64,000 nt of DNA from Macrostomum lignano (lineage: Eukaryota). The DNA lies in NCBI GenBank assembly GCA_002269645.1, contig NIVC01000389.1, positions 1 to 64,000 on the forward strand, read 5' to 3'. The translations under genes were made by a program, and so were the position numbers. Numbering within the stretch: position 1 is the stretch's first letter; the number at the start of each line of letters is the position of its first letter. This document shows positions 1-12,141 of the stretch, piece by piece. The notes beneath the pieces were generated by a model. That model saw only the letters and a list, made by a program, of their open reading frames with translations, did not search any database and was not told the DNA's origin.

Positions 1-3000
1 ACAAGACCTGGCAGCCCAGACGGCTGTACCTGTGCAGACGGTCACTGGGACTTTGATCATCACCCTGTCCGATTTAAACGACGAGCCACCGCGTGTTCTG
101 CCAGCAACTAACAATACCTACCGTATCAACGTGTCCGAAGGTCTCGTGCCGCCTATTGAGATCAGCCTGACGGCCATGGCGGGGACTCTGATTCGAGCAA
201 TCCGCCACTAAGCTACGCTGTGCAGCCATCGAGCGCTCCCTTCCTGGCCAAACCGGACACGGGCCAGCTGGCGCTGATGGCTCCGCTAGACCGAGAGAAG
301 CAAGACCAGCTCACCTTCTACGTCCTGGCCAACGACAGCGTTCACATAACTACAGCAACTGTCTACGTCACGGTTAGCGATGTGAACGATGTTGTGCCGA
401 CTTTCTACCAGTTTGCGCCGAGTCTGAACGTCTCCGAAGGGCTCAGCGTTGGCTCGCTGCTCACCACGGTGCAGGCCTACGACAATGACACTGGGCTGTT
501 CGGCACGGTGCACTACCGAATCCTCAGCGGAAATGACGGACGATTTTTTATAAACGAAACCACCGGCGAGCTGCGTCTGGCGAGAACTCTAGACCGCGAC
601 GTTGCTGGCGGCAGCGCCTACAGCCTGCTGATCGAGGCCTTTGACAACCCGAACGGCACAGACAGCCAGCGTAGCAGCCGCACCATGGCGATCACCGTAC
701 TCGACATAAACGACAATGCGCCTCAGTTTGCGCAGGACAACTACACCATCACTTCGCTGCTAGAGAGCATGGAGGCGAACCAGCTGATCCGCGATATATC
801 CGCCACGGACGTCGACGCTGGTATCAATGCCGAGATGAACTTCAGCTTCGCTGCCATTCCGGGACAAAATGCTCAAGCTTTGAATCTTTTCCAGGTGGGT
901 TTGGCTCGCTGATTCAATTATTTGTATAAGTTGAGTAGACAGTCACTATGTTTCACACACGGGTTCGATTTCGAAGCTACCTAGCAAACGGCAATTTGAC
1001 CACCTCCGATTTGCAGGTGACAACCAAGCAGAGCGGCAGCGCCTTCTCAGCCGTAATCTCAACTCGCACGAGCCTCACACGCGCCGTTGGCTGGTACAAC
1101 TTGACCCTGCTGGCCATCGACTTTGGCAGGCCGACGCAGACGGGCTCAACCAACATTACATTCTTCATCGGCGATGTGAACGACAATCATCCCGTGTTTG
1201 TTTATCCGAACACCAGCAGCACTGTGCTGCTGGTCAACGAGTCCACTAACGCTTCGAGCACTGTTGGCCAGTCGCTAATTCAGGTTCAGGCCACTGACGC
1301 AGACTACGGAAACAACTCCGTGATCCGATTCGATCTGACTTCGAGCGGCGGCGATCACAACGCTTTCTCCATCGATTCGGTCACCGGATTGATCAACATT
1401 TCTGTCAGCTTGGATTTCGAGGCCAAGTCAGAGTATCGATTCCATGTTCGAGCTCGCGACCTTGGCACACCGCCACTCACAAGTCAAATCAGTCTCGTTG
1501 TGCAAGTTCTAAACGTCGACGAAGGCCCGCCAGTGTTTCCACTGGGCTCTCGGGTGCAGTCATTCTCGGTGCCTGAGAACTCGCCGCCTGCGGCAGTCAT
1601 CCGGGCATCAACAGGACCGGAGTGTACATCGGCTCAGTGGCGAAGGCGGCCGATCCAGATGCTGGAACATCCAGCAGCACTGTGTGCTACTTCATTCTCG
1701 GTAAACTTACCAGGGTATTTTAACCAGAAAAGACGTATGCATACGGATAGAGAAACTTTATATCTTGAAAAATCTTCGAAAGCTGGAAGTACGAGAAAAG
1801 TACATTTATGTAATCTTCGTTTCGTATTCTTCTCGTCAATCCTGTCTTCAAAGGTTTTAAAAGAAACGAAGTGTCCCGTTCTTTTTTCTAGTTATCTTTA
1901 GATTCAAGTAAATGTCGATTTTTCATGTTCAATCGATTTTCAGACAAAGTTTTCGACACATTTTATCTGAACAAATCTGGCGACCTGTACACGTTGAAGA
2001 CGTTCGACAGGGAGACGCTGTCGCAGTACACTTTGCATATTGTTGCCGTTGGTCCCAGCGAATGCAATTCCAGTAAGTCTCATATCGGATAGAAATATAG
2101 AGGGAAGCTAGAGTGAAAGATATTTTTGAAATAGGACACTTAAGGAACAGCTATGAAAAGAAAATCATTTAATCGTGGCTCATGGTGTGCAAGTGATGAT
2201 ATCTCGGGGTGCACAAAAGATGTTGTCTCAGGCTTTAGTCAGGTTTTATTTATGACTGTAGTTGTACACAAAAAGCAAAAATTGTGCAGTAAAAATATTC
2301 AGTGGTCCTCGATGCAGGAATATGTGAGCACACGACAGAGCACATTTAACTATCAAAACTTAATACTTCAGACAAGTACCAGTGGCGCAACGCACCAACG
2401 TCCAGTCGACGACGACGCTATCTCGACGACACTCCGGTGGCATTCGACGCGTCCAACCCGATCATGGCGCAGGTGGTTGTCAACGTTGCCGACGACAACG
2501 ACAACCCGCCGGTGTGGAGCTCACCAAAATACTACGGAGGCGTTAACGTCAATGATCCGCCTGGCACAACAGTGTTCAGCTTCGCCGAGTTCGTCACCGA
2601 TTTGGACGCTGGCAACAACAGCGCGCTGACATTCAGCATCACCCCAGTGCTGGCCAGCACCAGCCAGCTGACTTTACAGCTGGAGGAGCGCGGCATCTAC
2701 GCGAACGTGTTCGCGTTAGACAATCGGACTGGCGTGCTCAAGACAGGGGAGCGAACCTACTTCCAAGACAGCATGGCGGGCTCGCTCTACTTCAATGTGA
2801 CCGCATCCGATTCCAAGTACTCAGCCAAAGCGTCCTGCACGATCTACCTGCTCAGCTTGGACCAGCAGCTCGTATTCACCATCGCCGACGTACCGGCCAA
2901 CGTCACCCGCTATCGAGATGCGTTCGTCAACTACCTGTCTAACATCACTGGCTGGCAGGTGGTGGTAGACAGCATCGTGACGCACAAGAAAGACGACGGA

Positions 3001-6000
3001 ACCGCCGATCCATCGAAGTAAGTCGGTTATTTTGGAAAAAAACTGTGTTAACTAAGTACTACCAGCATTGATGTTCTAGATGAATATTTCTAGAAAATTG
3101 GGTAAATTGGGTAAAGTGTTCTATCCTGCGCAGCGAGGTTTTAAAAATTCGAAACTCTATCCGGGATTATCTGTTCAAATTTATCACGGGGAACAGTATA
3201 TAATTTCCAACTACACTTAAACAGGAAGTGACGTCACTACTTTCTACACCCAATGGCACTAATTTGGGCAGATTCTTTTCCCGTAAGGGGTCTTTGGTCT
3301 CGCAGTCCTCATTTTATTAATCTAAACTGTGAGAGGGTGCCCTTTAATTCTGGATTGGAACTTTCTAATCTGAGTAGTTCCATTTGAAGCTGGAGTAAAA
3401 GTGACTTAGCCTTGCAGAGTTCTCTACTCTTTGTCTCCATGCAGCGTCTCGTAAATTCTAGTTCAAAACGCGCTCTTTACTGTAGGATGAAGAGACAAGT
3501 AAGCAATTGTATTAACTATTCTACTAAATAGGGGAGATTGAGATTGAGATAGACCACAGACTCATACAGTAAGGGAGAAAAACAGAGGTATGAGACAGCG
3601 CCACACAGGGGAATGATGGAGTGTTGGGGCGGCAGGAAGGCAGGAAGCCGGGCTCAACTTGCAGAAAGACGTCTATTACTCGTACAAACTCATAGCTACC
3701 TTTTACCTAGTATCCATTATCTGTTTGGAACTGCTCAGCCGTTACTCGTCCGTATACTGCCATCATCTCACTTCAGCTAATGCGTTCAGAATTTTGTCTA
3801 AACTGAAGAAGAGATGCCATTCTGAGCTGGATTTTTTTCGAAATATAGTTAGGGCTACTGTGCACTCCTGTGTCAGTGTGTGCCTGTGTGTATGACTACG
3901 TACGTATCCCCGCGCTTGTGTGCCTGCTCAGGGGAGTCGGCGGAATGGGCAGTAATGCCTCTTGCCGGTTGTGTGACAATGTCGCCTAAAGTGCACCAAG
4001 GTGCACACAGACCCCTGACTAAAAAGTGTCATTGCAAACAAAATGGAGCCACTATAAAGCTAAGGAAATCGTTGCACTAGCTACTTGTTCTCTGGTGGAT
4101 GCTTGCTATTTAAGAATGGATACTTGCTATCAGGGGGATGCTTGCTATCGGAAGGAAGCTTGCTACTGGGGTAACTTGCTATTGGGAGATGCTTGCTCTT
4201 GGAGGTGGAGGGTACTTGCTATCTGAGAGGGGGTTGCTAGATATCTATAAGGTCTCTTTGTATCCAGGTTATGCTTGCTATCTGGGGTTTCTTGCGGTCT
4301 GGGGGATGCTTGCGGTCTGGGGGATGCTTGCTATCTGGGGGATGCTTGTTATCTGGGGGATGCTTGCTATCTGGGGGATGCTTGCTATCTGGGGTCTGTG
4401 GGATTCTTGCTATCTGGGGGATGCTTGCTATCTGGGGTTGCTTGCTATCGGGGAGATGCTTGCAGTCTGGGGGATGCTTGCTATTTGGGAATCGATGCTT
4501 GAATGCTGTCTGAGGATGCTTGTTGTCTTGGGATGTTTTGTTTTTAGAGGGAATGTCGGTTATTTTTTTATGAAGATTTTATTTCGCTGTCTATTTGTTA
4601 TTTGTAAACAACAAGGATTCTATCCAGATGTCCCCCATCGGGGGGCGAAGATTGCTAGTATTCTTCTAATAAAGGCAAGACTTTCGAGCCATATCGCCTG
4701 AGAAAGCTCATGCTATCAGCGGCGGAAACCAACTAGATGTCATCAGCCGCCTGAAAAAGACCCGAATGACATGAAAACCTCAGTACTGGATCCCTCGATT
4801 TACCCACCCAATTTGGGTTTGAGTGGCTCCCCTCCTTAATTCATTCATAATGAATTTTTATTCTATCATCCGTATCAAAAGATCACTTACGACTCGTAGC
4901 TAGCCATTTGCAGGGCTTTTAACTGCGATGAAGTCGGATCCTTCATTGCTTCTACTCCGCGCAACATCAATTCGATGCTTTTGCATGAATAATGGACGTT
5001 GTCAGCAGTCTGACGGGAAGACTCATAATTAGAAGCGTAGCCAGGATTTTTATTCAAGCCGTGTCTTCGAGGGCGGCAGTAGAGATGCAAAAAGTGTGTT
5101 ACAAAAAGGGGTCGCCATTATAAACACGAAAAATAACAACCTCGTAAGCCCTTCCCATCGTAAACCCGAAATGTGTCTCGTATCACAAACCCGAAAGTTC
5201 ATAACTCCAAAAACCAAAGTAGCAATGCCATGGTAGAAAGCGCTTTTCTGAGTTGTGAGTTTTTGGGTTTTTGATGCTCCCACAAAAATCAATTATATCA
5301 AATTTCGAGCTTATATTATGAGCCTATGCCTTTTTACTCGTACAAAAATTCACAAGGCGAATAGTTTTGTAACACGATTTAGCGATGGTCAACGGTTTAC
5401 TAAACCGGAACATCCTCTTTCCAGATCGGACGTCTACATCCATGCCATAGACAGAACGGACAACAGCATCGTGCCGGCCATCACTGTGCAGAACCGCATT
5501 GACCTGCTGTCTAACCAGATGGTCGTGCTCTACCGCCGATTCGGCGTGCTCTACGTTAAACTGGCGCGCCAGCAGACACCAACAGATCAGACTTTGGAAA
5601 TTTTGAAGATCTCGCTGATCGCGGTGGCCTGCGGATTAACTGTGCTGCTGTTCTTCTCTTGCATCTCGCTGTGGACTTGTCGGCGGATGTACCGAAGAAA
5701 GTTGAAAGCTGCCACCGCCGTGGCTTTCGGTGAGTTGAACTGAACGCGTTTCAAGTTGAAAAGCTTGTTGGAGGCTTCTCAGGACAAACCGACAAACCAG
5801 TAGAACCAAGTATAGTATAACGTCGCAATGCTCTCCGTCAGGACACTGCGCATGGTTAATAACACTCCACATGCACAGCTGCCATAAACAGTTGAACGTC
5901 TCTCTAAGCACTTTATAACCTGAAATAGACGGTAAAAAAGCCTCCCTAAACAATTTCGACATCTAAAGACCCTCTAAAGCCTCTATAAACATTTCGGCAT

Positions 6001-7383
6001 CTTCGTCGAGTCTCTAAAGGCTTGATAAACACTCCAAAACTATAGTAAACACTCGAAAACTTTAGTAAACACTCCAAAGCTATAGTAAACACTCCAAACA
6101 CTTATTAAACACTCCAACCAAACATTTGATAAACACTCCAGACCTTCAGTAACCACTCCAAACCTTTAATAAATGCTCCAGACCTTTCAAAAACGCTATA
6201 CCACCTCGATAGCAGCATAAAATTCACAAAAATGGCATCTTCATTGACCCTATTTGTTAATAACAATCCCTATCACAACTCAAACAAGCAACACCCCCGC
6301 TGCTGATTGCAGGCCCGAGCGGGCACCATTCCAGTACTCTAAAGACGCCCGGCACAAACATGCACGCGTTCGAGGGTTCGAATCCGATTTGGAGTAACGG
6401 CACGGACGGTGCTCAGTACGACAATCGAGCGTACGATAGGTAAGAAATCGACTCACTCCAATAAATATCTTTATTCTCCAGATTAGCAGAATTAATTTTG
6501 TTCAGTTGATTTGGTGTCAAATTTCAAATGGAATTGAGTACGACGCCTTCCACTCAGAGTCAAGCCCTTTCATGTGGAAAATATTGACTGAAGCAATCTG
6601 AATTACTCTGAAGTAAGTTACACAGCTGACATAAAAAATAGGACGCTTAGACTCCATCTAACAAATCGCATATCCACCAAAACCGAGTTTAGCGTTCTTC
6701 TAAGACTTCAGTTGCTCATGTTGAACCATTTTAACCGACTTTTCACACTTTACTACGGTTATACGAGCTAATTTAAAGTGACAACTTTTGCTTCTCTTCA
6801 ATATAGGGTTGTAGCCTAGTGGTTAAAGCGTCAGTCTCCCGACTAAAAGGTCTGGGGTTCGATTCTCCACCCACTCGGAAAAATTCGTGTCCTTGAGCAG
6901 GACACTTAACTCTGCATTGCTTCAGTTCACCCAGCTGTAAAATGGGTGCCAGAATTAGCTGGGGTAATTGAGGGTGTGTGTGGCGACCCCCCAGTCCTTG
7001 GACTGAACAGCCGTGTTGCACATCTGCCCATTAGGGCAGGTGTAATCAATTATTATCTATTATTATTAGTCTCAAAGATAAAACAATATTGCTATCATCT
7101 GATTTTCAGCGACAAAGACTCCATTGACAACAACCAGATCAACTTGGCCTCGCCGTCGAATCGCAGACAGATGCAACAGCAGCAGCAGCCACAGTTCGAG
7201 GACCTGGAGAAGACGATGCGATTCGCCCAAGACAATGCGTCCGACGGCGGAAGCAACGCCGACGACAGAAAGATTCTGGATACTGCAGTCAATGCCGGAC
7301 CCTCCATGGCGGGCACAAGGCAACGGAACGGGTCCCTGACCGGACCAGTGGATCTGTACAACCAGTCAGCCACGCAGATTTGA
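1..7383 (+). CDS. Cadherin-87A / cadherin-23-like type I membrane protein, 3' part. Exons 1-894, 1017-1700, 1944-2072, 2372-3017, 5425-5729, 6313-6439, 7110-7383
   Basis: Repeated cadherin motifs (LDRE, DVNDN, DINDNAPQF, ATDADYG, DDNDNPP). All GT-AG junctions are phase-compatible. TM helix ISLIAVACGLTVLLFFSCISLW is followed by RRKLKAATAVAF and a cytoplasmic PGTNMHAFEGSNPIW motif of Cad87A type. Two apparent 1-bp deletions (~180, ~1602) break the frame. Confidence 0.85.
4130..4520. repeat. 18-bp minisatellite (GGGGATGCTTGCTATCTG) in cadherin intron 4
   Basis: About 20 degenerate tandem units are visible; they explain the repetitive ORFs 4138-4701, 4271-4513 and 4275-4502. Confidence 0.9.
4631..4658 (+). 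mobile_element. Helitron-like 3' terminus
   Basis: Hairpin CCCCC-ATC-GGGGG, about 9 nt of spacer, then CTAG followed by T. The same architecture occurs at 24861-24889. Confidence 0.45.
5940..6200. repeat. Degenerate ~20-bp tandem repeat (TAAACACTCCAAA core) in cadherin intron 5
   Basis: AAACACTCC/AAACACTCG recurs about 8 times at roughly 20-bp spacing. Confidence 0.7.
6806..7068 (+). mobile_element. tRNA-derived CORE-type SINE
   Basis: tRNA-like head with A box (TAGCCTAGTGG) and B box (GGTTCGATTC), a CORE-like segment (GTCCTTGAGCAGGACACTTAACTC...CTGTAAAATGGG) and a (TAT)n tail. A second copy lies inverted at 36137-36438. Confidence 0.85.
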
Positions 7384-7946
7384 AAGATTCTTTTAAGCAC
7401 ACGCACACGTACATGTATTAGTTTTTTATGTGCCTACAACTAGTAGATAAACAATATCACCACTCTCTGGGCTTCCAAGTAGTAAAATATGTGAAGCTCA
7501 CAGGTCAGAGGTGACGCGTCCAACTATTGCAGTCTCTGGCGTCAATGATGGACGACAATTCGGCCTACATATGTAACCTTCAAGACATGCCTGACAATGA
7601 GAATGAGAAATAATCGTGCATACCGTCATGCTTCAATATTCATATATAATCCGCACCAGATGGTACAATAACGACTTGTAATTCATGACTAAATTGAGAT
7701 GCAAGTCAAACACTCTTCATTATGCGATATTGACTAATCAATTGGTTCATTTAGTACTTCTAGTAGTATCACTAAGAAGTAGAGCGAGAATGCGTTTGTT
7801 TCAGTGCCTGTTTGTTAATCGGAGACTCACAAATTTTATATGGTTTGTTTTACCCTCAAACTTTCTCACAATAATGCCCGCGCGATACTACTTACAAGCC
7901 TGTAAAGTAGACGAGCTGCTTTTGCACGCGTATATTCAAGGTGAAA

Positions 7947-8650
7947 TATAAAACTGATTTGTATGGAATGCTTATACAAAGTTATATTTTACTAATCCTA
8001 ACATAAAACATTGTGTCACCAAACATGCGCGAGCTATAAAAGTATTTATTACTTTCAATTAATTTTCATTACGCGAATGAATTTTACGTGAACAATTTTA
8101 TAAGCACGATACATTTTTGTTAAATAATTCAAATGATAACGGTTGTTACAAACACAAAATAATCTCAATTCTGTTTCTTACGTTTGGCCTTGACTTTTTA
8201 ATTCGAATTGGTTTTGCCTTTACACAGTGATTAACATTATTTTCATTAAGTATAAAGACTGGTTGGGAACAAAGACTCAATGCCCACCTGATTGTGCCGG
8301 CTTCCCGACGGTGCCAGACTACTGTTGCTGGGCGGCAGCAGCTGGCTGCAGAGGCACCGGCGGAGGCAGAGTGGGAAGGTAGATCAGCGTCAGCGCGTAC
8401 GCCACGTGACCGATGAGGCCGCCGCCGCCGCCGCCGCCGACTCCGCCGCTTCTGCCAGACTTCGAGTTTGACGCGGTCTCCGAGGCGGCCAGTTAGACCA
8501 GGCCGCACCAGACTGCGGCCAATGGCAGGCCGTCGAGCACCTGGGCGATGCGCTCCCGCCGCTGGCACTGCTCCAGCATCGGCCAGGCCGCCTCGCTCAG
8601 GCAGCGGCGAAGGTCGTCCTTGACGGCCGACTGTGGAAGCAGTTGTTTTT
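7947..8650 (-). pseudogene. Internally deleted remnant of a TMEM232 paralog (3' flank, one minisatellite unit, part of exon 6)
   Basis: 7947-8240 aligns to 24890-25190, and 8290-8650 is nearly identical to 26260-26610. Between them sit one GGGAACAAAGACTCAATG unit and the exon-6 donor context CCCACCTGAT. Exon 7 is absent. Confidence 0.8.
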
Positions 8651-8719
8651 GGTTCCTAGAAAGCCTACGACAATTAGGGATGCCGTTTTTAAAATTTAAA
8701 CTCAGGATTTACTCGTTGG

Positions 8720-9564
8720 TTAGCCACAAGGACTAAAATAGTCAGAATGCGTAGTTGGACAGTTGGAGCGGATCTCCGAACAGGTCGCGGTATGGTAGAG
8801 GCAGTATCGGCGACTGCGCCCTGCCCAGAAGCTAGAGCAGCCTGTACGACGTAATTGTGCTAGATTGGCTGCGCGACGGCGGCAGCGCCATAGATTGCAT
8901 TGCCAACTGCAGCAGGTCCGACATTTGTGCGGGGAGCCGGTTGCGCAGCCAATCAAAATCGCTCCGTACGACTGGTCTCGCACCGAGGGCAAATGGCCCT
9001 GCTGCTGCAGAGCACGCCGAGGGCGCGATTGTGGCTGCGACGTTTGTTGCGATTGATGCTGCTGCCGGTGCTGCGGCGGCTGGTCATGCATTGGCTGTAA
9101 TTTGGACAGGCGAGGCGGCAACTGCTGCTGTTGTTGTTGCAGATGCTCGGATGGCACTTGTTGATTGGAAAACTGGTCACAGTGTACCTGCTGCTGTTCG
9201 TTGGCAGGGAATCGGATGTTGCGTAGTCACGATATGAGGTTCCAGTGGTTCGGTTTTTGACGATATACCCACGTCGTCGGCGATCGTTTATACCGTTCAG
9301 CTGGCGCCTGATTTCGTTGACACTGGCTCTGCAGATGCACATCGTCGTCGTTGTCGATAAAACCATCGGATTGCAGATTTTGCCGCGACTGGCCGACGGC
9401 ACCCGATATAGAAGACGATGTGCATAGCCAAGACAATTGAGCCGATCGCTAAGCGACACCAGCTCGTCTGTTGGTCACCACCTGTAAGGACGAGTGCGCT
9501 GACGCGGCAAAGAAATCGACGGTGTCGATTCGACACGCGGAATATCCGCAGGTTTGTCTGCCAT
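8720..9564 (-). pseudogene. Degraded coding-like Gln-rich sequence of unknown identity
   Basis: GC-rich with CAG/CAA runs. Reading frames 9227-9436 and 8720-9157 are co-framed but split by TGA; another frame (ATG 9564) has TGA at 9475-9477. No family recognised. Confidence 0.3.
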
Positions 9565-9741
9565 TGACTGGTCTACACCTTCTCACTTTCAGTTTTGTAC
9601 TAGCTGCAACCATTTTTAACTTTCTGGCATCTGACACTTTTTGGTTGTGAAAGTTTCAGGTTCCCTCCAGTTTGCATACATTTCCAACAAACAGTCGATC
9701 AGTTCCAACAACTGCCAACCTATTCCATCACGTGAGGCATC

Positions 9742-10458
9742 TGTGACGTTGCTAGTTTAAGGTGGTCCCGCAAAAGGGCCGTTGGACTGTAGTTTCCCTT
9801 GCAATTTCTCATTTAAATTTCTCCAATAGTTTATTTTAACGTTTACTTGTAGTAGCGTGCAAATAATCTGTATCAATTGCTAATTCACTGTGTATTTGGT
9901 AGGCCTTGCGTTCGTCTGTAAATTTTAGCACGATCGATAATTTCAAATTCTCTCGCTAGCCAATGAAAACTCTCCGTGTTTTATGCTACCCCCTTTAGCG
10001 CTCTTTATTAACCCCGCCTGGCGGCGGGCTGGGGGCCTCCTCACTTCGCGGCTCTTGTTTTCCTTCTCTCTCTCCTGGCTGCCTCGAACCTCCTTATCTC
10101 TCGCCACGGCTCCTCTGTCTGGGCCAGCCTGTTACACACCGTATTCCACTTGTACTTCTACTACGGCTAGCGCCACTCTCCGCCACTTCTGGCTACTCAC
10201 GACCGCTGCTCACCGTTATTGCCTCATCGCCATCCGCCATCGCCTACTCATCTTAGCATAAACTCATTGTTGCAGCCGGCAGTGCCCATATTGTTATATC
10301 CTCTGTAATTCTATTGCTATTTTTGAGAAAAATATAAAAGCCAAGACCACAACGAATTTAACCAACGGTCTATTAATCAGTGCTACCGCTACACAAACTG
10401 CTACACCGCCAATCGTTCAACTCATCCTTCTTTGGGAACTACGACTCAAAACGTGACA
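9742..10458. mobile_element. Solo LTR (717 bp), probably Gypsy-type
   Basis: Termini TGTGACGTT...AACGTGACA (8/9 inverted match) with a perfect 4-bp TSD CATC at 9738-9741 and 10459-10462. No internal ORF. Confidence 0.8.
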
Positions 10459-10689
10459 CATCCGTTTCAACCAATTAAGACAAACTGCGATTCAGAATCG
10501 ACACTTTGCATACACTTTCTACAAAATTTCAATCAGTTCTAACAATTGCCAACCAATTTTGTCAAGTGGGATAGAAAGAGCCTGGGGCATATATATCATT
10601 TTTCTGGTTGAAATTTCCATTCCGCAAATTCAATTCCGCTACTTCTTAATTCACAGCTGATTGACCGGTTGATTAATATTAGAACGATG

Positions 10690-11130
10690 GTATTATTAAA
10701 ACGACAATATTATTAAAAGAGCTGTATTATTGAAACGACCGTATTGTTTAAACGACCATTATTTTAAAACTACATTATACTTAGGACGACATAAATACTA
10801 AAATAACAGTATTATTAAAACGGCAGTATTATTAAAACGACAGTATTATTAAAACAATCAGATTGTTAAAAGGACATTATTATTAAAATGACTATTATTA
10901 ACTTATACGACAGTAATTTTGAAACGCCATTGGTAAAACGACGGTTATTAAAACGACAGTATAATTAAAACTAGTATTATTTAAAAAACCCTATTATTAG
11001 AACATGAATATTAAAATGAGTATTATTAAAACGACCGTATCATTACAACCGTAAAAGTACAGTATTTTTAAGACGAGACGACAGTATTGTTAAAACGGCC
11101 ATATTATTAAAACGACTATTTTTCAGACGA
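10690..11130. repeat. Degenerate AT-rich tandem repeat (TATTATTAAAACGAC core, ~18-20 bp)
   Basis: The motif recurs about 20 times. Confidence 0.75.
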
Positions 11131-11301
11131 TTCGCTAGCTGATTCACCGACATGTGAAGCAGAATGCTCATGCCAAGATGCTCCTGCCAGAGTGCTCCCG
11201 TTAGAGTTTTTATGCAGCCAAAGTGCTCTTGCCAGAAGTCTCCTACTTTGAATTGGTTGTCTATGGGTGTACAATCTAGTAGGAATCTATCACTCGATTT
11301 T

Positions 11302-11690
11302 GGGCCGTATGCAGAAAGCCTAGTCCAGACTAGCTAGTCCGGACTTGGGTAGTTCAGTCTATAGTCTATGGTCCAGCTAGCCTAGTTCTGCTATAGTAGA
11401 CTGGTCTAACTTTGGGCCGTATGCAGAAAGCTCTGTCTAGGGTAGTCCGGTCTTGAAAAGCTAGTCTAGACTTGGATTTGGTATGCAGAAACGCAAAGTT
11501 AGACCGGTCTTCTATAGCAGAACTAGGCTAGCTAGACCATAGACCATAGACTGAACTACCCAAGCCCGGACTAGCTAGTCTGGACTAGGCTTTCTGCATA
11601 CGGCCCCTTGTGTTTCTGCATACCAAATCCAAGTCTAGACTAGCTTTTCAAGACCGGACTACCCTAGACAGAGCTTTCTGCATACGGCCC
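11302..11690. mobile_element. MITE with TIR GGGCCGTATGCAGAAAG (PIF/Harbinger-like); an inverted full copy (11414-11606) is nested inside another copy
   Basis: Four TIR copies in an A-B-A'-B' arrangement. The inner segment is the reverse complement of the joined outer halves. Flanks fit imperfect 3-bp TSDs. Confidence 0.75.
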
Positions 11691-11882
11691 ATTGTCGTGA
11701 TCAATGTGCATATATGCTATGGTTGAAGTGATAGGAAATTCCGAAATTTACCAGGAAAATCCCAAGGCCAAACGAGAGATTTAAGGCTATACTGGGAGCA
11801 TTTTGGCGTGATGTTTTTGGTACAGGTTTGACTGCTTCAATCTGCTGTCGAACGGATCCGAGATCCCAGTGACGGATCAGGG

Positions 11883-11945
11883 CAGGGGTCGGCAAACTTT
11901 TTTACCTCAGGGGGCCGGAGGAAGAATCCAGCTCATGGCTACGGG
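11883..11945 (+). mobile_element. hAT-like transposon left end fragment
   Basis: CAGGGGTCGGCAAACTTTTT is a typical hAT (Charlie/Tip100-type) terminus. No partner end was found in the window. Confidence 0.5.
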
Positions 11946-11949
11946 CCAG

Positions 11950-12140
11950 ATGAGAGAGGAAAGGAAATGGAATAGAAGAGATAAGAAATAAGACATGATG
12001 AGAAATGAAGGGAGAGAAGAGAGAGGGGAGGGAGGAGAGAGGGAGAGAGGAGAGAGAAAAGAGAGGAGAGAGGGGAGAGAGGAGAGAGAAAAGAAAGGCG
12101 AGAAAGAAGAGGGGAGAGAAGGGAGAGAGAAGAGAGGGGT
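11950..12140. repeat. Polypurine GA-rich microsatellite
   Basis: About 190 nt, almost only G and A on the + strand, abutting the duplicated cadherin exon. Confidence 0.9.
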
Positions 12141-12141
12141 G

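Noticed and set aside
6295-6330. LLIAGPSG read as a guanylate-kinase P-loop
   Set aside because: The similarity spans an intron/exon junction (AG at 6311-6312). The exon encodes the cadherin cytoplasmic tail and GKST is absent.
6806-6880. tRNA gene
   Set aside because: The tRNA-like head continues into a SINE body and tail, lacks a clean acceptor stem, and is repeated at 36137-36438.
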